From Flavobacteriales bacterium (GTDB lineage Bacteria; Bacteroidota; Bacteroidia; Flavobacteriales_D; Sanyastnellaceae), in NCBI GenBank assembly GCA_016722445.1, contig JADKIZ010000017.1, forward strand, positions 21,853-85,852: a DNA stretch of 64,000 nt, read 5' to 3'. Of the stretch, positions 1-11,341 are shown piece after piece. Within the stretch, counting starts at the first letter, position 1, and every line of letters starts with the position of its first letter. The notes beneath the pieces were generated by a model that searched no databases, was not told the origin of the DNA, and saw only the letters and a list, made by a program, of their open reading frames with translations. The translations under genes and the position numbers were made by a program.

Positions 1-27
1 GGTGCGCGGTCCTTTCGATGTGCTGCT

Positions 28-534
28 ATGAAAAGTATTTTTCTGATGCCTGCGAAAATAACCTGCGATTACTTTCGTAACATGAGAACCCATGAATATC
101 AGCTACAAATAGTCTGGACTGGCAATAACGGCACTGGTACCAGCGACTATACACAATATCGCCGCGATCATGAAATCTCCGCCAAAGGGAAAACCACTTT
201 GTACGGTTCTGCAGATCCCGCATTCCGCGGCGATCCAGGGAAGTATAATCCGGAAGAGTTGTTTCTTTCATCCATATCAACCTGTCATATGCTGTGGTTT
301 CTTCACCTTTGTTCAGATGCAGGTATTGTCGTTATGTCTTATGAAGACAATCCAATAGGCTACATGATAGAAGGCGGAACTGAAGCTGGGAGATTTATCA
401 AAGTGGAATTACATCCTGTCATCTCGATCACCGATCAAGCAAGACTGCAGGAAGCCCATCAACTACACTTTGCTGCAAGTGAAAAGTGTTTTATCAGAAA
501 CTCCTGCAATTTTCCGATAGAATGCGTGCTATGA
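28..534 (+). CDS. OsmC/Ohr-family peroxiredoxin-like protein
   Basis: 168-aa ORF. The core 'NPEELFLSSISTCHMLWFLH' resembles the conserved Cys region of OsmC/Ohr proteins. A hairpin terminator follows. Confidence 0.6.
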   Translation: MKSIFLMPAKITCDYFRNMRTHEYQLQIVWTGNNGTGTSDYTQYRRDHEISAKGKTTLYGSADPAFRGDPGKYNPEELFLSSISTCHMLWFLHLCSDAGIVVMSYEDNPIGYMIEGGTEAGRFIKVELHPVISITDQARLQEAHQLHFAASEKCFIRNSCNFPIECVL

Positions 535-564
535 AGTAATTTTCATCCAAACAACCGCATAAAA

Positions 565-592
565 AAAGGGCAGTGTTTTCACACTGCCCTTT
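565..592. terminator. bidirectional rho-independent terminator between convergent genes
   Basis: perfect inverted repeat aaagggcagtgt / acactgcccttt with a tttc loop, preceded by an A-run and lying between two gene ends. Confidence 0.6.
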
Positions 593-611
593 GCCAAACA
601 CTTTGAATCAA

Positions 612-3600
612 TTAGTTTGTAACGATGACCTTTTGATTTACAAGGCCATCAGCATTTTCACCACGGATAAAATAGAATCCGGTACTCAAACCTGTTATTT
701 CTGTTCTGAATAAATTGTATTCATTCAGTTCAAAAGTGCTTACCATTTGACCAACCTGATTGATTAAATAGAATTGACCTTTTGAAGGTGACTCAACCAT
801 GAAAGTACCAGTATTCGGATTAGGATAAATTTTCAAATTAACATCCACATCCATATTCTTGAGAATGGCTTCATCACCGCCCTCCGCAGCCATACATGTA
901 GTAACAGTCACCGACTTAGATCGGTTTGCAGAAGTACCGCATGCGTTCGTTGCTTTCACATACAACGTACCATTTACGCCACCCCAGTTCACCGTCAAAG
1001 AATCAGTTCCTTGTCCTGAAGCTATCGTAACGCTTGCAGGAACAGTCCATGTATAAGTTAAACCACTGATTTCAGTAGTAGAATATACCAATCCGGTCTG
1101 ACCACTGCACACAGGTGTAGGACCGACAATGGTTGCCGGCGTAGCTGGCTTACCATACAAGGTGAGGCATTTGTTTGTTCCATTACCACAAGCATTAGAT
1201 GCATAAACACATAGAGATCCGGAAATGAAGTTCGCAGGAACGTTGATCACAACGCTGTTACCATTATTGGTTACCATCGTGCAACCAGCAGGCAATGTCC
1301 ATGTATATCCTGTAGCTCCTGATACTGCACTCACGCTATAAGTGAAGTTACCACCAGCACAAAGGTTGGTAGACGTACCAGAGATCACGCCCGAAATATT
1401 CGGCACAGAATAAACATTGGTACTTCTGATGGCACCTGTTCCGCAATTGCTCACGCCTCGCACACTCACAACTCCACTTGTAAAGTTGGATGGGAAAGTC
1501 ACGTTGATGCTGTTCGTTCCTTGACCTGAATTGATCACTGCTCCTGATGGAACAGTCCACAAATAACTTGTAGCAGCAGTCATCGCTGCGATGCTATAAG
1601 TCTGGGTTGAACCCGAACAAACTCCAACCGTAGTTCCGGAGATGGTTCCAGGCGTGCCAGGAATACCATAAACAGACATATTGCGATTAGAACTTTGACC
1701 AAAACAATTCACAGATCTCACTGAAACTGTTCCTGATGTTGTGAAAGCAGCACCGAAAGCAATGGTGCAAGATGTTGTTCCCTGTCCACTCACAATGGAT
1801 GCATTCACTGGTGCAGTCCATGTGTATGACGCAGCATTAGTAACAGGAGAGATCGTGTAGGTCTGGGTTGTATTTGCACAAACATTAAAGCTTGGTCCTG
1901 AAATCATGCCCGGCATGGAAGGATTAGCCGTGAGTGCAATGACAGAGCGACAGAAAGAAACACTTTGACCGCAAGCATTCACTGCTTTGATGCAAAGATT
2001 ACCAGTCGCATAAGTAGCGCCAAAGCTTAAAGTAATCGAGTTTGTGGTTGAACTTCCAGTTGCTCCAGTTGGCAATGTCCACACATATGAAGTTGCACCA
2101 GCCACTGGATCAACATAGAAAACATTTCCTGTTGAATTTCTACAAACACCATTCGGTCCATAGATAAATGTTGGAGCTGCAGGGGCACTGCCACCATCAT
2201 TGCCAACAACCGCGTTTGCGTTTGCTGTGCAACCACCTGCTCCCGTTATGGTCACCGAATAATTACCAGCTTGCACATTGCTTAAATCCTCACTGGTGGC
2301 ACCATTGCTCCACAAATAAGTGAATGGGCCAGGATTATCTGATACAGTAAGATCAACACTTCCATTGCTTCCTCCAACACATGTTGCGTTAGTTGCTACT
2401 GCAGAGGCAGTCATGGTGCAACATCCTTCATCGACCGAAGTATCGCAGTCATCATCTATACCATTGCCACAAACTTCTGTAGCACCCGGATAAATGTTCT
2501 CATTGCCATCATTACAATCGGTGCTGTTGCCTACATAACCAATAGGCTGCGTGCAGCCAGTGCTGGTCGAGGCCAAATCACCAAATCCATCACCGTCTGT
2601 ATCTGCATACCAAGTAGATGTCGCAGAAACTGTGATGGATATTTGATTCGAATTAGCTGTTGAAGGACTTGCACAAGCGTCATTCGATGTCAATACACAA
2701 CTCACCACCTGACCATTGGTCAATGATGAAGTTGAATATGTATCGCTGTTGGTACCTACGTTAGAACCATCCACTTTCCATTGATAAGAAGGAGATGCGC
2801 CACCATTGGTTGGTGTTGCAGTGAAGGTCAATGATGAGCCAGCACAAGTTGGATTGCTTCCACTAGTCAATGCAATTGCAACAGATGGTGTTACTGATGT
2901 AGTAACGTTCATCGTGATATTGTTTGAGTTCGCAGTTGTCGGACTTGCACAAGATGCATTCGATGTCATTGTACAACTTACCACCTGACCATTGGTCAAT
3001 GATGAAGTTGAATATGTAGCGCTATTGGTACCAACGTTTGAACCATCCACTTTCCATTGATAAGAAGGAGATGCGCCACCATTGGTTGGTGTTGCAGTGA
3101 AGGTCAATGATGAACCTGTACAAGATGGATTGCTTCCACTAGTCAATGCAATTGCAACAGATGGTGTTACTGATGTAGTAACGTTCATCGTGATATTGTT
3201 TGAGTTCGCAGTTGTCGGACTTGCACAAGATGCATTCGATGTCATTGTACAACTTACCACCTGACCATTGGTCAATGATGAAGTTGAATATGTAGCGCTA
3301 TTGGTACCAACGTTTGAACCATCCACTTTCCATTGATAAGAAGGAGATGCGCCACCATTGGTTGGTGTTGCAGTGAAGGTCAATGAAGCCCCTGCACAAG
3401 TTGGATTACTTCCGCTTGTCAATGCAATTGCAACAGATGGTGTTACTGATGAAGTAACCGTCATCGTGATATTGTTTGAGTTCGCAGTTGTCGGACTCGC
3501 ACAAGATGCATTCGATGTCATTGTACAACTTACCACCTGTCCATTGATCAATGATGAAGTTGAATATGTAGCGCTATTGGTACCAACGTTTGAACCATCC

Positions 3601-6600
3601 ACTTTCCATTGATAAGAAGGAGATGCGCCACCATTGGTTGGTGTTGCAGTGAAGGTCAATGAAGCCCCTGCACAAGTTGGATTTGTTCCGCTTGTCAATG
3701 CAATTGACACAGATGGTGTTACTGAAGAAGTAACCGTCATCGTGATATTGTTCGAGTTCGCAGTTGTCGGACTTGCACAAGATGCATTCGATGTCATTGT
3801 ACAACTTACCACCTGACCATTGGTCAATGATGAAGTTGAATATGTAGCACTATTAGTACCAACGTTTGAACCATCCACTTTCCATTGATAAGAAGGAGAT
3901 GCGCCACCATTGGTTGGTGTTGCAGTGAAGGTCAATGAAGCTCCCGCACAAGTAGGATTGGTTCCGCTTGTCAATGCGATTGACACAGATGGTGTTACTG
4001 TTGAAGTAACAGTCATTGTGATATTGTTCGAGTTCGCAGTTATCGGACTTGCACAAGATGCATTCGATGTCATTGTACAACTTACCACCTGACCATTGGT
4101 CAACGATGAAGTAGTATATGTTGCACTGTTGGTGCCTACGTTCGAGCCATTCACTTTCCACTGATAAGATGGAGATGCACCACCATTGGTTGGTGTTGCC
4201 GTGAAGGTCAATGATGAACCTGTACAAGTTGGATTGGTTCCGCTTGTCAATGCGATTGACACAGATGGTGTTACTGAAGAAGTAACCGTCATCGTGATAT
4301 TGTTTGAGTTAGCAGTTGTTGGACTCGCACAAGCGGCATTCGATGTCATCGTACAACTCACCACCTGACCATTGGTCAATGATGAAGTAGTATATGTTGC
4401 ACTGTTGGTGCCTACGTTCGAGCCGTTCACTTTCCATTGATAAGATGGAGATGCGCCACCATTGGTTGGTGTTGCAGTGAAGGTCAATGAAGCTCCTGCA
4501 CAAGTTGGATTTGTTCCGCTTGTCAATGCAATTGACACTGATGGTGTTACTGTTGAAGTAACGTTCATCGTGATGTTGTTTGAGTTAGCAGTTGTTGGAC
4601 TTGCACAAGATGCATTCGATGTCATCGTACAACTCACCACCTGACCATTGGTCAATGATGAAGTAGTATATGTTGCACTGTTGGTGCCTACGTTCGAGCC
4701 GTTCACTTTCCATTGATAAGATGGAGATGCGCCACCATTGGTTGGAGTAGCAGTGAAAGTCAATGATGATCCCGCACAAGAAGGATTGTTTCCAGATGTG
4801 AGTGCTATGGATACTGCTGGAGTAACCGCATTATTGACTGTCATCGTAATACTGTTCGATGAAATCGTTGCTGTTCCTCCACCAATCGTAAAGGTGATGT
4901 TTGGTCTGTAAGAAACAGTTGTACCTGTCGCAACAGAACAAGCACCTGCACCAGCTACATCGTCTGCCTGATAATAAGTGCAAGCTACAAAAGAGCTTGC
5001 CGTTCTGTAAGTTTGATATGCTGCCGTACCGACAACTTGGTTAGAAAAACAAATATCAATGACGATATTGCTTGTTCCATCCCAGTTGAAAGGGGTTGTA
5101 AATACATGTGTATTCAATGTATTGAGCGCTGGTGTGTAGTTTGTTGGTCCATACACTGTTGTAAATGTTGGGGTTTGGAAGGTGGTTGTAGCGACAGTTG
5201 CGGTAGTATGCGCCATTTTCATGGTATAACCATTCAAAGTAGCTGGATCACCCGTTGTTCCTGCTACATCAAATCCCAAAGAAGAAATACTACCAGCAGC
5301 GAGACCGAGTGCTGTCAATTCCGATGCACGGATAATCCATTGTTGACGGCCATTACCGTAATATGTTGGATAAGCAGCTCCCTGAGCACTTGTTGTCGCA
5401 TTTGTGGTAGTACCTGTTCCGAGTTTGGCAATCGAAGGACAAGAACCCGCAGAGGTCAATTGACATAATACAACATCATTATTGGCCAATGCTGAAGTTG
5501 TGTAGGTGGTACTATTTGTTCCCACATTGCTACCATTCAATTTCCACTGATAAATCGGGGAAACGGCATTGGTCGTCGTAGCAGTGAATGTCGCGCTAAC
5601 TCCATTGCACATAGGATTCGTACCTGCTGTCTGTGCTACGCTAATGGTTGCTGAACCAGCAGAATTTACCGACATCGTGATGGCATTTGAGGTAGCAGTT
5701 GATGAAGTCACACATGCCACTGAAGAGGTCATGACACAAGTAACTATCTGTCCGTCGGTTAAAGTAGCAGAACTATAAGTCGGACTGTTGGTGCCAACAT
5801 TGGTTCCGTTCACTTTCCATTGATATGAAGGTGTTGCTCCACCATTAGTTGGTGTTGCAGTAAATACCACACCAATATTCGGACATGTTGGATTCGAACC
5901 TCCAGTAATGGCAATGGATACTGCTGGAGTAACCAAAGTTGTAGTTGACATGGTGATGGCATTTGACGTTGCTGGATTGTTGGTAACACCTGCCAGATTT
6001 GAGGTCATCACACAAGTCACAACTTGACCAGCAGTCAATGTTGAAGTTGAATATGTTGGACTGTTGGTTCCCACATTGGCTCCGTCAACTTTCCATTGAT
6101 AAGATGGAGATGAACCACCATTGACAGGAGTTGCGGTAAACACAGATGTTTCACCAGGACATTTTGGATTATTACCACTTGTTAGAGAAATAACGACACT
6201 GGCATCCGTGGTGCAGCTTTGGATTTGATACGAAAAGATATGCGTTCGGGCAGCACTGCCTCCACTTGTACCCCCCATGTATTCACTGGTACTCCAGAAA
6301 GTAATACCATCAGGATCGAGACAAGTGTGCGAGTAATCTCCAACCCTGTTTGTTCCTGTCTGATAACCAGTACCAGCCACCACCTGTACTTCCGTCAAAG
6401 GAAGTGTACCAAGTGGGTCACAAGTTCTTCTACCAGTATAATAGAGACCAGGATAAATAGAGGTTGCATCAGACTTGATATAACTCAAACCAATAGAACC
6501 GTTGTTATCCATTGCAATTGCACCCATCCAGCGTGTAGCTGCATCAGGTGTATAGATACCTTGCTGATAGACAGACCATGTTCCTGTTGATTGATTCTGG

Positions 6601-7808
6601 CGCATTTCGCACCACATAATGCTGCGTTGATTTGCATTGATCCTTACACCCCAATTCAATACAACAGTATTGTATCCACCCCAAATTTTATACTGGGCGC
6701 GGTACATCAAAACGCCGCCAATACCATCCAGCTTTTGGGTTGTTCCTGGTTGTGAACAGTCATTCCAACTTGCATTATATGATGCATCAAAAGAATCAGT
6801 TGGAATTGCACCAACAGAAGTAATTGTCGCAGTTGGTGTTGTTGGCACCCAGTTCACACTCATGTTATAAATATTGATGGCATCAGTGAAACCAGCTCCC
6901 CAACCATTGTCCGAATAAGAAAAGATTGGGCAAGGTGTACCTACTGCAGGCAGAGAGCCATCTGCGGCATCTCCAGGCAATGGACAAAAGAATCCACCAC
7001 CATCTGGTGGAGAGTAGTTGACATAATCAGATCTGGCAGAAGCAGATCCAGCAAGCATGGCATCACGTTCAAAACAAAACACCTTCTGGGTGGATTGATT
7101 TGATGTCATGTAATAACCATCCGACCATACTGAGAACTTCAAATAGTCTGGGAATTGTGGTGAGGTGAATGTATATGTATAGTATGAACCTGTAGGATCA
7201 GCTGATGTAGAAACGGCGATATAAATATTGTTGTTTCCTGAACCGAATTGCGCCAAAAACCAACGATTGGCCGCTTTGTCGTACATCACAATCGGGTCAC
7301 CTGCGTTTGCAGTTGCAGGACTCCAAAGGTTACCCAAAGTGGCCGTAAGCTGCACTGCTCCAGTTGTTTTATTGTAGACTTTAAATGTTGTGCTGTTGAT
7401 CATTTGCACATAGTGATTCGGACCAACGGCACCAGATGGGTCCATCGGACGAAATCCAGTGGCTGTTTGACCTGACCAACTCGCTTTCATTTCGCCAGAA
7501 GGCAATACCCCTTTGATTTTTTGCAGAAGCTTTTCGGAGTTTCCGTATTTCTCACCATGTTCTTCCACGGTGTAAGGAAACTTCTGAGGTGTGCGGTGAA
7601 GCCTATCACCACTTTCTTCACGCCCCTGACGTTTGATTTTGCGTTTCAAGAAAACTTCGTCCTCATTTACTGGATTTTCTTTGAAAATTTCTGAGATTGG
7701 ACGTGTTACATGAAATTCAGATGCAACAATAAAGTTGCTTTCATTGTTTTGTGAAAACGACACGATGGACAACATGACCATTGTGCACAACAGGTAAATT
7801 TTCCTCAT
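612..7808 (-). CDS. giant T9SS-secreted adhesin-like surface protein (type A CTD). From N to C: unknown ~600-aa domain, about 13 Ig-like ~92-aa repeats, a Cys/Asp-rich metal-binding-like motif, SprB-type repeats, then the Por sorting domain.
   Basis: Uninterrupted 2398-aa ORF with an N-terminal signal peptide ([20 protein letters not shown]). About 13 repeats contain '[33 protein letters not shown]'. 'DTDGDGFGD...[25 protein letters not shown]' is a metal-binding-like motif. '[51 protein letters not shown]' is SprB-repeat-like. The C-terminus '[17 protein letters not shown]...[19 protein letters not shown]' matches a T9SS type A sorting domain. Confidence 0.85.
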   Translation of the reverse strand: MRKIYLLCTMVMLSIVSFSQNNESNFIVASEFHVTRPISEIFKENPVNEDEVFLKRKIKRQGREESGDRLHRTPQKFPYTVEEHGEKYGNSEKLLQKIKGVLPSGEMKASWSGQTATGFRPMDPSGAVGPNHYVQMINSTTFKVYNKTTGAVQLTATLGNLWSPATANAGDPIVMYDKAANRWFLAQFGSGNNNIYIAVSTSADPTGSYYTYTFTSPQFPDYLKFSVWSDGYYMTSNQSTQKVFCFERDAMLAGSASARSDYVNYSPPDGGGFFCPLPGDAADGSLPAVGTPCPIFSYSDNGWGAGFTDAINIYNMSVNWVPTTPTATITSVGAIPTDSFDASYNASWNDCSQPGTTQKLDGIGGVLMYRAQYKIWGGYNTVVLNWGVRINANQRSIMWCEMRQNQSTGTWSVYQQGIYTPDAATRWMGAIAMDNNGSIGLSYIKSDATSIYPGLYYTGRRTCDPLGTLPLTEVQVVAGTGYQTGTNRVGDYSHTCLDPDGITFWSTSEYMGGTSGGSAARTHIFSYQIQSCTTDASVVISLTSGNNPKCPGETSVFTATPVNGGSSPSYQWKVDGANVGTNSPTYSTSTLTAGQVVTCVMTSNLAGVTNNPATSNAITMSTTTLVTPAVSIAITGGSNPTCPNIGVVFTATPTNGGATPSYQWKVNGTNVGTNSPTYSSATLTDGQIVTCVMTSSVACVTSSTATSNAITMSVNSAGSATISVAQTAGTNPMCNGVSATFTATTTNAVSPIYQWKLNGSNVGTNSTTYTTSALANNDVVLCQLTSAGSCPSIAKLGTGTTTNATTSAQGAAYPTYYGNGRQQWIIRASELTALGLAAGSISSLGFDVAGTTGDPATLNGYTMKMAHTTATVATTTFQTPTFTTVYGPTNYTPALNTLNTHVFTTPFNWDGTSNIVIDICFSNQVVGTAAYQTYRTASSFVACTYYQADDVAGAGACSVATGTTVSYRPNITFTIGGGTATISSNSITMTVNNAVTPAVSIALTSGNNPSCAGSSLTFTATPTNGGASPSYQWKVNGSNVGTNSATYTTSSLTNGQVVSCTMTSNASCASPTTANSNNITMNVTSTVTPSVSIALTSGTNPTCAGASLTFTATPTNGGASPSYQWKVNGSNVGTNSATYTTSSLTNGQVVSCTMTSNAACASPTTANSNNITMTVTSSVTPSVSIALTSGTNPTCTGSSLTFTATPTNGGASPSYQWKVNGSNVGTNSATYTTSSLTNGQVVSCTMTSNASCASPITANSNNITMTVTSTVTPSVSIALTSGTNPTCAGASLTFTATPTNGGASPSYQWKVDGSNVGTNSATYSTSSLTNGQVVSCTMTSNASCASPTTANSNNITMTVTSSVTPSVSIALTSGTNPTCAGASLTFTATPTNGGASPSYQWKVDGSNVGTNSATYSTSSLINGQVVSCTMTSNASCASPTTANSNNITMTVTSSVTPSVAIALTSGSNPTCAGASLTFTATPTNGGASPSYQWKVDGSNVGTNSATYSTSSLTNGQVVSCTMTSNASCASPTTANSNNITMNVTTSVTPSVAIALTSGSNPSCTGSSLTFTATPTNGGASPSYQWKVDGSNVGTNSATYSTSSLTNGQVVSCTMTSNASCASPTTANSNNITMNVTTSVTPSVAIALTSGSNPTCAGSSLTFTATPTNGGASPSYQWKVDGSNVGTNSDTYSTSSLTNGQVVSCVLTSNDACASPSTANSNQISITVSATSTWYADTDGDGFGDLASTSTGCTQPIGYVGNSTDCNDGNENIYPGATEVCGNGIDDDCDTSVDEGCCTMTASAVATNATCVGGSNGSVDLTVSDNPGPFTYLWSNGATSEDLSNVQAGNYSVTITGAGGCTANANAVVGNDGGSAPAAPTFIYGPNGVCRNSTGNVFYVDPVAGATSYVWTLPTGATGSSTTNSITLSFGATYATGNLCIKAVNACGQSVSFCRSVIALTANPSMPGMISGPSFNVCANTTQTYTISPVTNAASYTWTAPVNASIVSGQGTTSCTIAFGAAFTTSGTVSVRSVNCFGQSSNRNMSVYGIPGTPGTISGTTVGVCSGSTQTYSIAAMTAATSYLWTVPSGAVINSGQGTNSINVTFPSNFTSGVVSVRGVSNCGTGAIRSTNVYSVPNISGVISGTSTNLCAGGNFTYSVSAVSGATGYTWTLPAGCTMVTNNGNSVVINVPANFISGSLCVYASNACGNGTNKCLTLYGKPATPATIVGPTPVCSGQTGLVYSTTEISGLTYTWTVPASVTIASGQGTDSLTVNWGGVNGTLYVKATNACGTSANRSKSVTVTTCMAAEGGDEAILKNMDVDVNLKIYPNPNTGTFMVESPSKGQFYLINQVGQMVSTFELNEYNLFRTEITGLSTGFYFIRGENADGLVNQKVIVTN
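2640..4860 (-). repeat. about 8 near-identical 276-bp tandem repeats inside the adhesin gene, each encoding one 92-aa Ig-like domain
   Basis: Antisense 60-aa ORFs recur at an exact 276-nt period (2806, 3082, 3358, 3634, 3910, 4186, 4462) and differ by only 1-3 residues. The sense protein shows near-identical 92-aa units. Confidence 0.9.
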
Positions 7809-8178
7809 TGCGGTTTAATTCGAAGATTTGATTGGTAATAAAAAAAGTCAGGTAGCGGGACTGAAAGCCACAAAGTTAATTCAGTATTAACAAAGTTGTA
7901 CGGAAGTTTTGACAATTCGTTATTCATTTTTAAAAAGTCAATACAAAATTGAGTTATTCGGATTTATAGCCGAAATCCATGGATGTTCTTCGGTTCTAAA
8001 TCCATTCAGCATCATGTCGATTGGCCAAAAACCAAATGCCAATATAAAATTGTCACATTATCAGTTTGATTTTCTGGCATTTACCCAACACGCAGTACAC
8101 CAATTCCATTCAGTTGATACGCCTTCAATCAATTTTTAATCGAAGAATATTTTAATTTCGTCGAAACTATTACGCAAT

Positions 8179-9747
8179 TTGTACTATCTTTGTTTCACTG
8201 AAAAACCAAAATTGAAGTCTTTCCTCAACACCATACTCATGGCGCTGTTTTTTTATAGCGTTTCATTCGGTCAGGCAAATTCGCCGCATACCGATGAGGA
8301 AATCAGTTTTCGCAATTTTATGGGAGGTGTTCGTTATGCCCACATTGTTGATTCTGAATACCGTAAGTATTACCGATCCGTAAAAGATGATGACCATGCA
8401 TTGGTCATTAAAGGAGTAGAAAATTTCCTCAAAAAGTATGGTTTTGAAGCTGTCACCGTCGGAGGAAAAGAAGACGCGCCTGATACATATCCTTCACTCT
8501 GCGAGTTGACCATTGTAACACCACAATGGGACAAGGAAAATGGTTTGATTGTGAATCTCCATTTATCATTTAGTTCATGTCAGGGCGATATCATTCAGGT
8601 GCCATGCCGGAAAAAAATTCCCATGTCAAAAACCATGGAAATTTCTGGCGACGTTGAACGAAGTCTTTTTCGCACTTTAGGTTATAGTAAGACTGAGTTT
8701 CATAACAGCAATAGTTTGAAGATCACACAACCTTCAACCGGTTTTAGCGAATCAAATCTGCGTGAAAAATTTCTTCAGGAAGGCACCGAAAACATTGAAG
8801 GTATTTATGAGTGTATGAAACCATCATCCACTGACCATAAATATCAGATTGGTATTGTCAGCACTGAAATAGGATATCAAATTATCTATTTGAATGGTGC
8901 AAAAAACCACCGCGATTGGAATCATGGAGAAATCAAAGGACAATTAACGCCAACCGCCAGCAACACAATCTATAAGTCCAGTTGGAAAACCGATTCAAAA
9001 GAAGAAGATATCTCCGACTATGTCAATTTCAAAGATGGACTGATGTCATTTGTGAATACCCCAGAACAACCGTGGATCAAGATTTTTCCGACATCCCACG
9101 ACATGAAATCTGAACCGCATTCGGGCATGCTAACTGGAACAGGCTTTGCCGTTTCATCGGATGGATTGATAGCGACAGCTTATCACGTCATCGAGAACCG
9201 CAAACAAATCATCGTGCGTGGTATCGATGGCGATTTAAACAAACGATACAATGCTACAGTGATCGCCACTGATAAAAAAAATGATCTGGCCATTTTACAA
9301 ATTGAGAACATCCACTTCGAAGAATTATCGGAGAATCCTTTGCAAATTAGTCATTCGACCACGGATTTAGGTTCAGACGTATTCGTGCTCAGCTATCCGC
9401 TCACGGGGAGCATGGGAGAAGACATCAAACTCACCACCGGCATTATCAATGCAAAATCAGGATTTCAAGGAGATCAGACGAATTATCAGATATCAGCTGC
9501 TGTACACCCAGGTAGCAGTGGTGGTCCGGTGTTCAGCGCCAATGGTGCATTGGTCGGAATCGTCAATTCAAGATATCAAGGAGCAGAAAGCGTAACATAT
9601 GCTTTGAAAAGCCAATACCTGGCTACACTTTTACAGAATTCAGGCTATTCAAGTTCAAACACAGAAAGCAAACTCAACACGAATCTCACTTTATCTGCTC
9701 AAGCCCGGAAAATGTTGCCTTTCGTTTTTATCATCGAAAGTCATTGA
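8179..9747 (+). CDS. secreted trypsin-like (S1, chymotrypsin-fold) serine protease with an uncharacterised ~300-aa N-terminal domain
   Basis: Catalytic triad context: 'TAYHVIEN' (His), 'KKNDLAILQIE' (Asp), 'HPGSSGGPVF' (Ser). The signal peptide starts at the internal Met (MALFFYSVSFGQ, about position 8239). No PDZ domain is evident. Confidence 0.8.
   Translation: MYYLCFTEKPKLKSFLNTILMALFFYSVSFGQANSPHTDEEISFRNFMGGVRYAHIVDSEYRKYYRSVKDDDHALVIKGVENFLKKYGFEAVTVGGKEDAPDTYPSLCELTIVTPQWDKENGLIVNLHLSFSSCQGDIIQVPCRKKIPMSKTMEISGDVERSLFRTLGYSKTEFHNSNSLKITQPSTGFSESNLREKFLQEGTENIEGIYECMKPSSTDHKYQIGIVSTEIGYQIIYLNGAKNHRDWNHGEIKGQLTPTASNTIYKSSWKTDSKEEDISDYVNFKDGLMSFVNTPEQPWIKIFPTSHDMKSEPHSGMLTGTGFAVSSDGLIATAYHVIENRKQIIVRGIDGDLNKRYNATVIATDKKNDLAILQIENIHFEELSENPLQISHSTTDLGSDVFVLSYPLTGSMGEDIKLTTGIINAKSGFQGDQTNYQISAAVHPGSSGGPVFSANGALVGIVNSRYQGAESVTYALKSQYLATLLQNSGYSSSNTESKLNTNLTLSAQARKMLPFVFIIESH
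8185..8192 (+). promoter_or_regulatory. candidate Bacteroidota -7 promoter element (TAnnTTTG) upstream of the protease gene
   Basis: tatctttg fits the TAnnTTTG consensus and lies about 50 nt upstream of the likely true start (MALFFYS...). No clean -33 TTG was found, so this is weak. Confidence 0.2.
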
Positions 9748-9879
9748 GGTTAAAACGCTTTCAGAATTCGTCGAAAAGATTCCGGCCCTTCATCTCACAA
9801 TTTACACTTATCAACAGGTATGAGTAGTTATCCCCAAAACATCAACATTCCTTGTCGTGTCGTTCGGTGAAAAATAGAT

Positions 9880-10068
9880 TTGTCGATTCCGGCAAAACCG
9901 GATTTTTCCTGTTTAACCTTATACACCCGAACGAAAGCAATGAACGCAGAATACTCAGCGGAAAAAATAATGGCAGACCTGAGCCAGAAAATGAAATCAG
10001 GAAGCGATGTTGAAGAAGTAAAACTCAAATACACGCTGATAGAAGAAGAAATTGCAGAAGAAGCCTAA
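9880..10068 (+). CDS. small acidic hypothetical protein (possibly starting at 9940, MNAEYSAEK...)
   Basis: The only support is a 62-aa ORF just upstream of the three-gene cluster. An overlapping minus-strand ORF also exists. Confidence 0.2.
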   Translation: MSIPAKPDFSCLTLYTRTKAMNAEYSAEKIMADLSQKMKSGSDVEEVKLKYTLIEEEIAEEA

Positions 10069-10105
10069 TGGTTTCCTTTGAATTTCAAAAGCAAAGAAGA
10101 AACAA

Positions 10106-10528
10106 ATGATCATAAAAGCAGAACCACGGACGATACTCAACTTCCTCCACACCTATTTTGATGTGATGCGGGATTTGTTTCAGTATCAGACCACAGACGG
10201 ATTGATCACCAAAGAAGTGTATGACATGCTCATACAGAAACACGGACATGTGATGAACATCCGTCTGCGCGAATTCAGGGTAATCAGAAGCATGGGAAGC
10301 GACTACGAAATGCGTGATGTCTATTACAGACTCATGGAATTCCTGTTGTTTGAGTTTAAACCTCTTCTGCCCGAAACCATTGAAAAGTATAAGTCGAGTA
10401 TTGGCGATCTTTATTTGAAGATCCGCAAATACGAGAATCAGAGATCGCGATATTCTTCAGGAAAGGATCAAGAACCTTTCGCATCAGGTGAGGGAATTTG
10501 TGGATTTGGTAGAGAGAAACACTTTTAG
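10106..10528 (+). CDS. hypothetical alpha-helical protein, probably the N-terminal part of the next ORF (frameshift)
   Basis: 140-aa ORF. The +1 frame is open from 10419, so a single indel between 10419 and 10528 would fuse it to the 272-aa ORF. The C-terminal 25 aa are low-complexity, as expected for an out-of-frame tail. Confidence 0.45.
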   Translation: MIIKAEPRTILNFLHTYFDVMRDLFQYQTTDGLITKEVYDMLIQKHGHVMNIRLREFRVIRSMGSDYEMRDVYYRLMEFLLFEFKPLLPETIEKYKSSIGDLYLKIRKYENQRSRYSSGKDQEPFASGEGICGFGREKHF

Positions 10529-11306
10529 GTTATTGGCAGAAACGCGTGATCTCAAGTCGAATCTCGAAAGAATTGACTATCGCGAAAAAGTTCACAAAGC
10601 GTCATTCTGGATCGAATATTATATTCTTCCTTTGAATCGCATTCTGGACGTAAAACACTCTGAATCGGTTACGAGCACCATCATCGATGTGAGTGAATAT
10701 GCCAACAGACGAAGGTTGGATTTTGAAGATGAAACCATCCGTGTTGAATTCGAAAAACTCTATACACAACTCATTCAGACCAATACCGATTTGTTGAGAC
10801 AGTCGAAAGTATTGGTGAATGAATTGCTTCCTCTTCTTGAGCGTATCCGCACTGAATCATTGATCCTGACCGGCTGGATCGAATTCCTGAGGAATCCATA
10901 TAAAATGGATACTCCTCCCCTGCTCAAGGGTTCACGCACCATGGTTTACGCCAAAGACATGCTGTTCAAAGTGCGCGAGTTCTTTGAGCAGTTTTCTACC
11001 AATGAAGTCATTACTTTGGAAGACAATGTGGTTGAATTCGACAAATGGATCTTCGACCGCAATCACTTCAAAGGCAAGCTGGAACAGAACATGCCGGTGA
11101 ACGACTTTTTTGGATGGTGCTACAAAGAGCTACAAAAGGATTTTACGGAAATCGATACCGATAAATTTTTCGCCTTGTGCGGACTTTTATTCGACAGTGA
11201 TTTGCTGATCGAATTCCCAAAAAAAGGTGAGCGTATCAACCTCACAACTACCACTTCCAAAATTTCATTGCCTAAACTCAAAGTTGAACCAGCGGTGAAA
11301 CTTTAA
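10488..11306 (+). CDS. hypothetical alpha-helical protein. The A+B fusion would be about 410 aa, a candidate kleisin-like (MukF/MksB/JetA-like) partner of the downstream MukE-like protein.
   Basis: 272-aa ORF with a GTG start that overlaps the previous ORF by 41 nt in the +1 frame. It is rich in E, K, L and F with predicted helices. No catalytic motifs were recognised. The kleisin assignment is inference only. Confidence 0.45.
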   Translation: MREFVDLVERNTFRLLAETRDLKSNLERIDYREKVHKASFWIEYYILPLNRILDVKHSESVTSTIIDVSEYANRRRLDFEDETIRVEFEKLYTQLIQTNTDLLRQSKVLVNELLPLLERIRTESLILTGWIEFLRNPYKMDTPPLLKGSRTMVYAKDMLFKVREFFEQFSTNEVITLEDNVVEFDKWIFDRNHFKGKLEQNMPVNDFFGWCYKELQKDFTEIDTDKFFALCGLLFDSDLLIEFPKKGERINLTTTTSKISLPKLKVEPAVKL

Positions 11307-11341
11307 TTCAGACATTATCAAACGATCAAAATCAGACAACG

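Noticed and set aside
2806-4644. Seven plus-strand 60-aa ORFs (MVGVAVKVN...) at exact 276-nt spacing, plus minus-strand ORFs 3574-4779
   Set aside because: They are antisense or alternate-frame shadows of the tandem repeat inside the 2398-aa minus-strand gene. Their periodicity simply mirrors the repeat, and they are not independent genes.
5013-7475. Plus-strand ORFs of 75-151 aa (5013-5468, 5569-5778, 6219-6590, 6637-6870, 7248-7475)
   Set aside because: They are fully embedded antisense in the giant adhesin ORF and are Cys/Arg-rich with low complexity, typical of spurious antisense ORFs.
9828-10034. Minus-strand 68-aa ORF overlapping the small acidic plus-strand ORF
   Set aside because: There is no signal, it overlaps a slightly better plus-strand candidate, and both are weak. 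Only the plus-strand ORF is kept, at low confidence.
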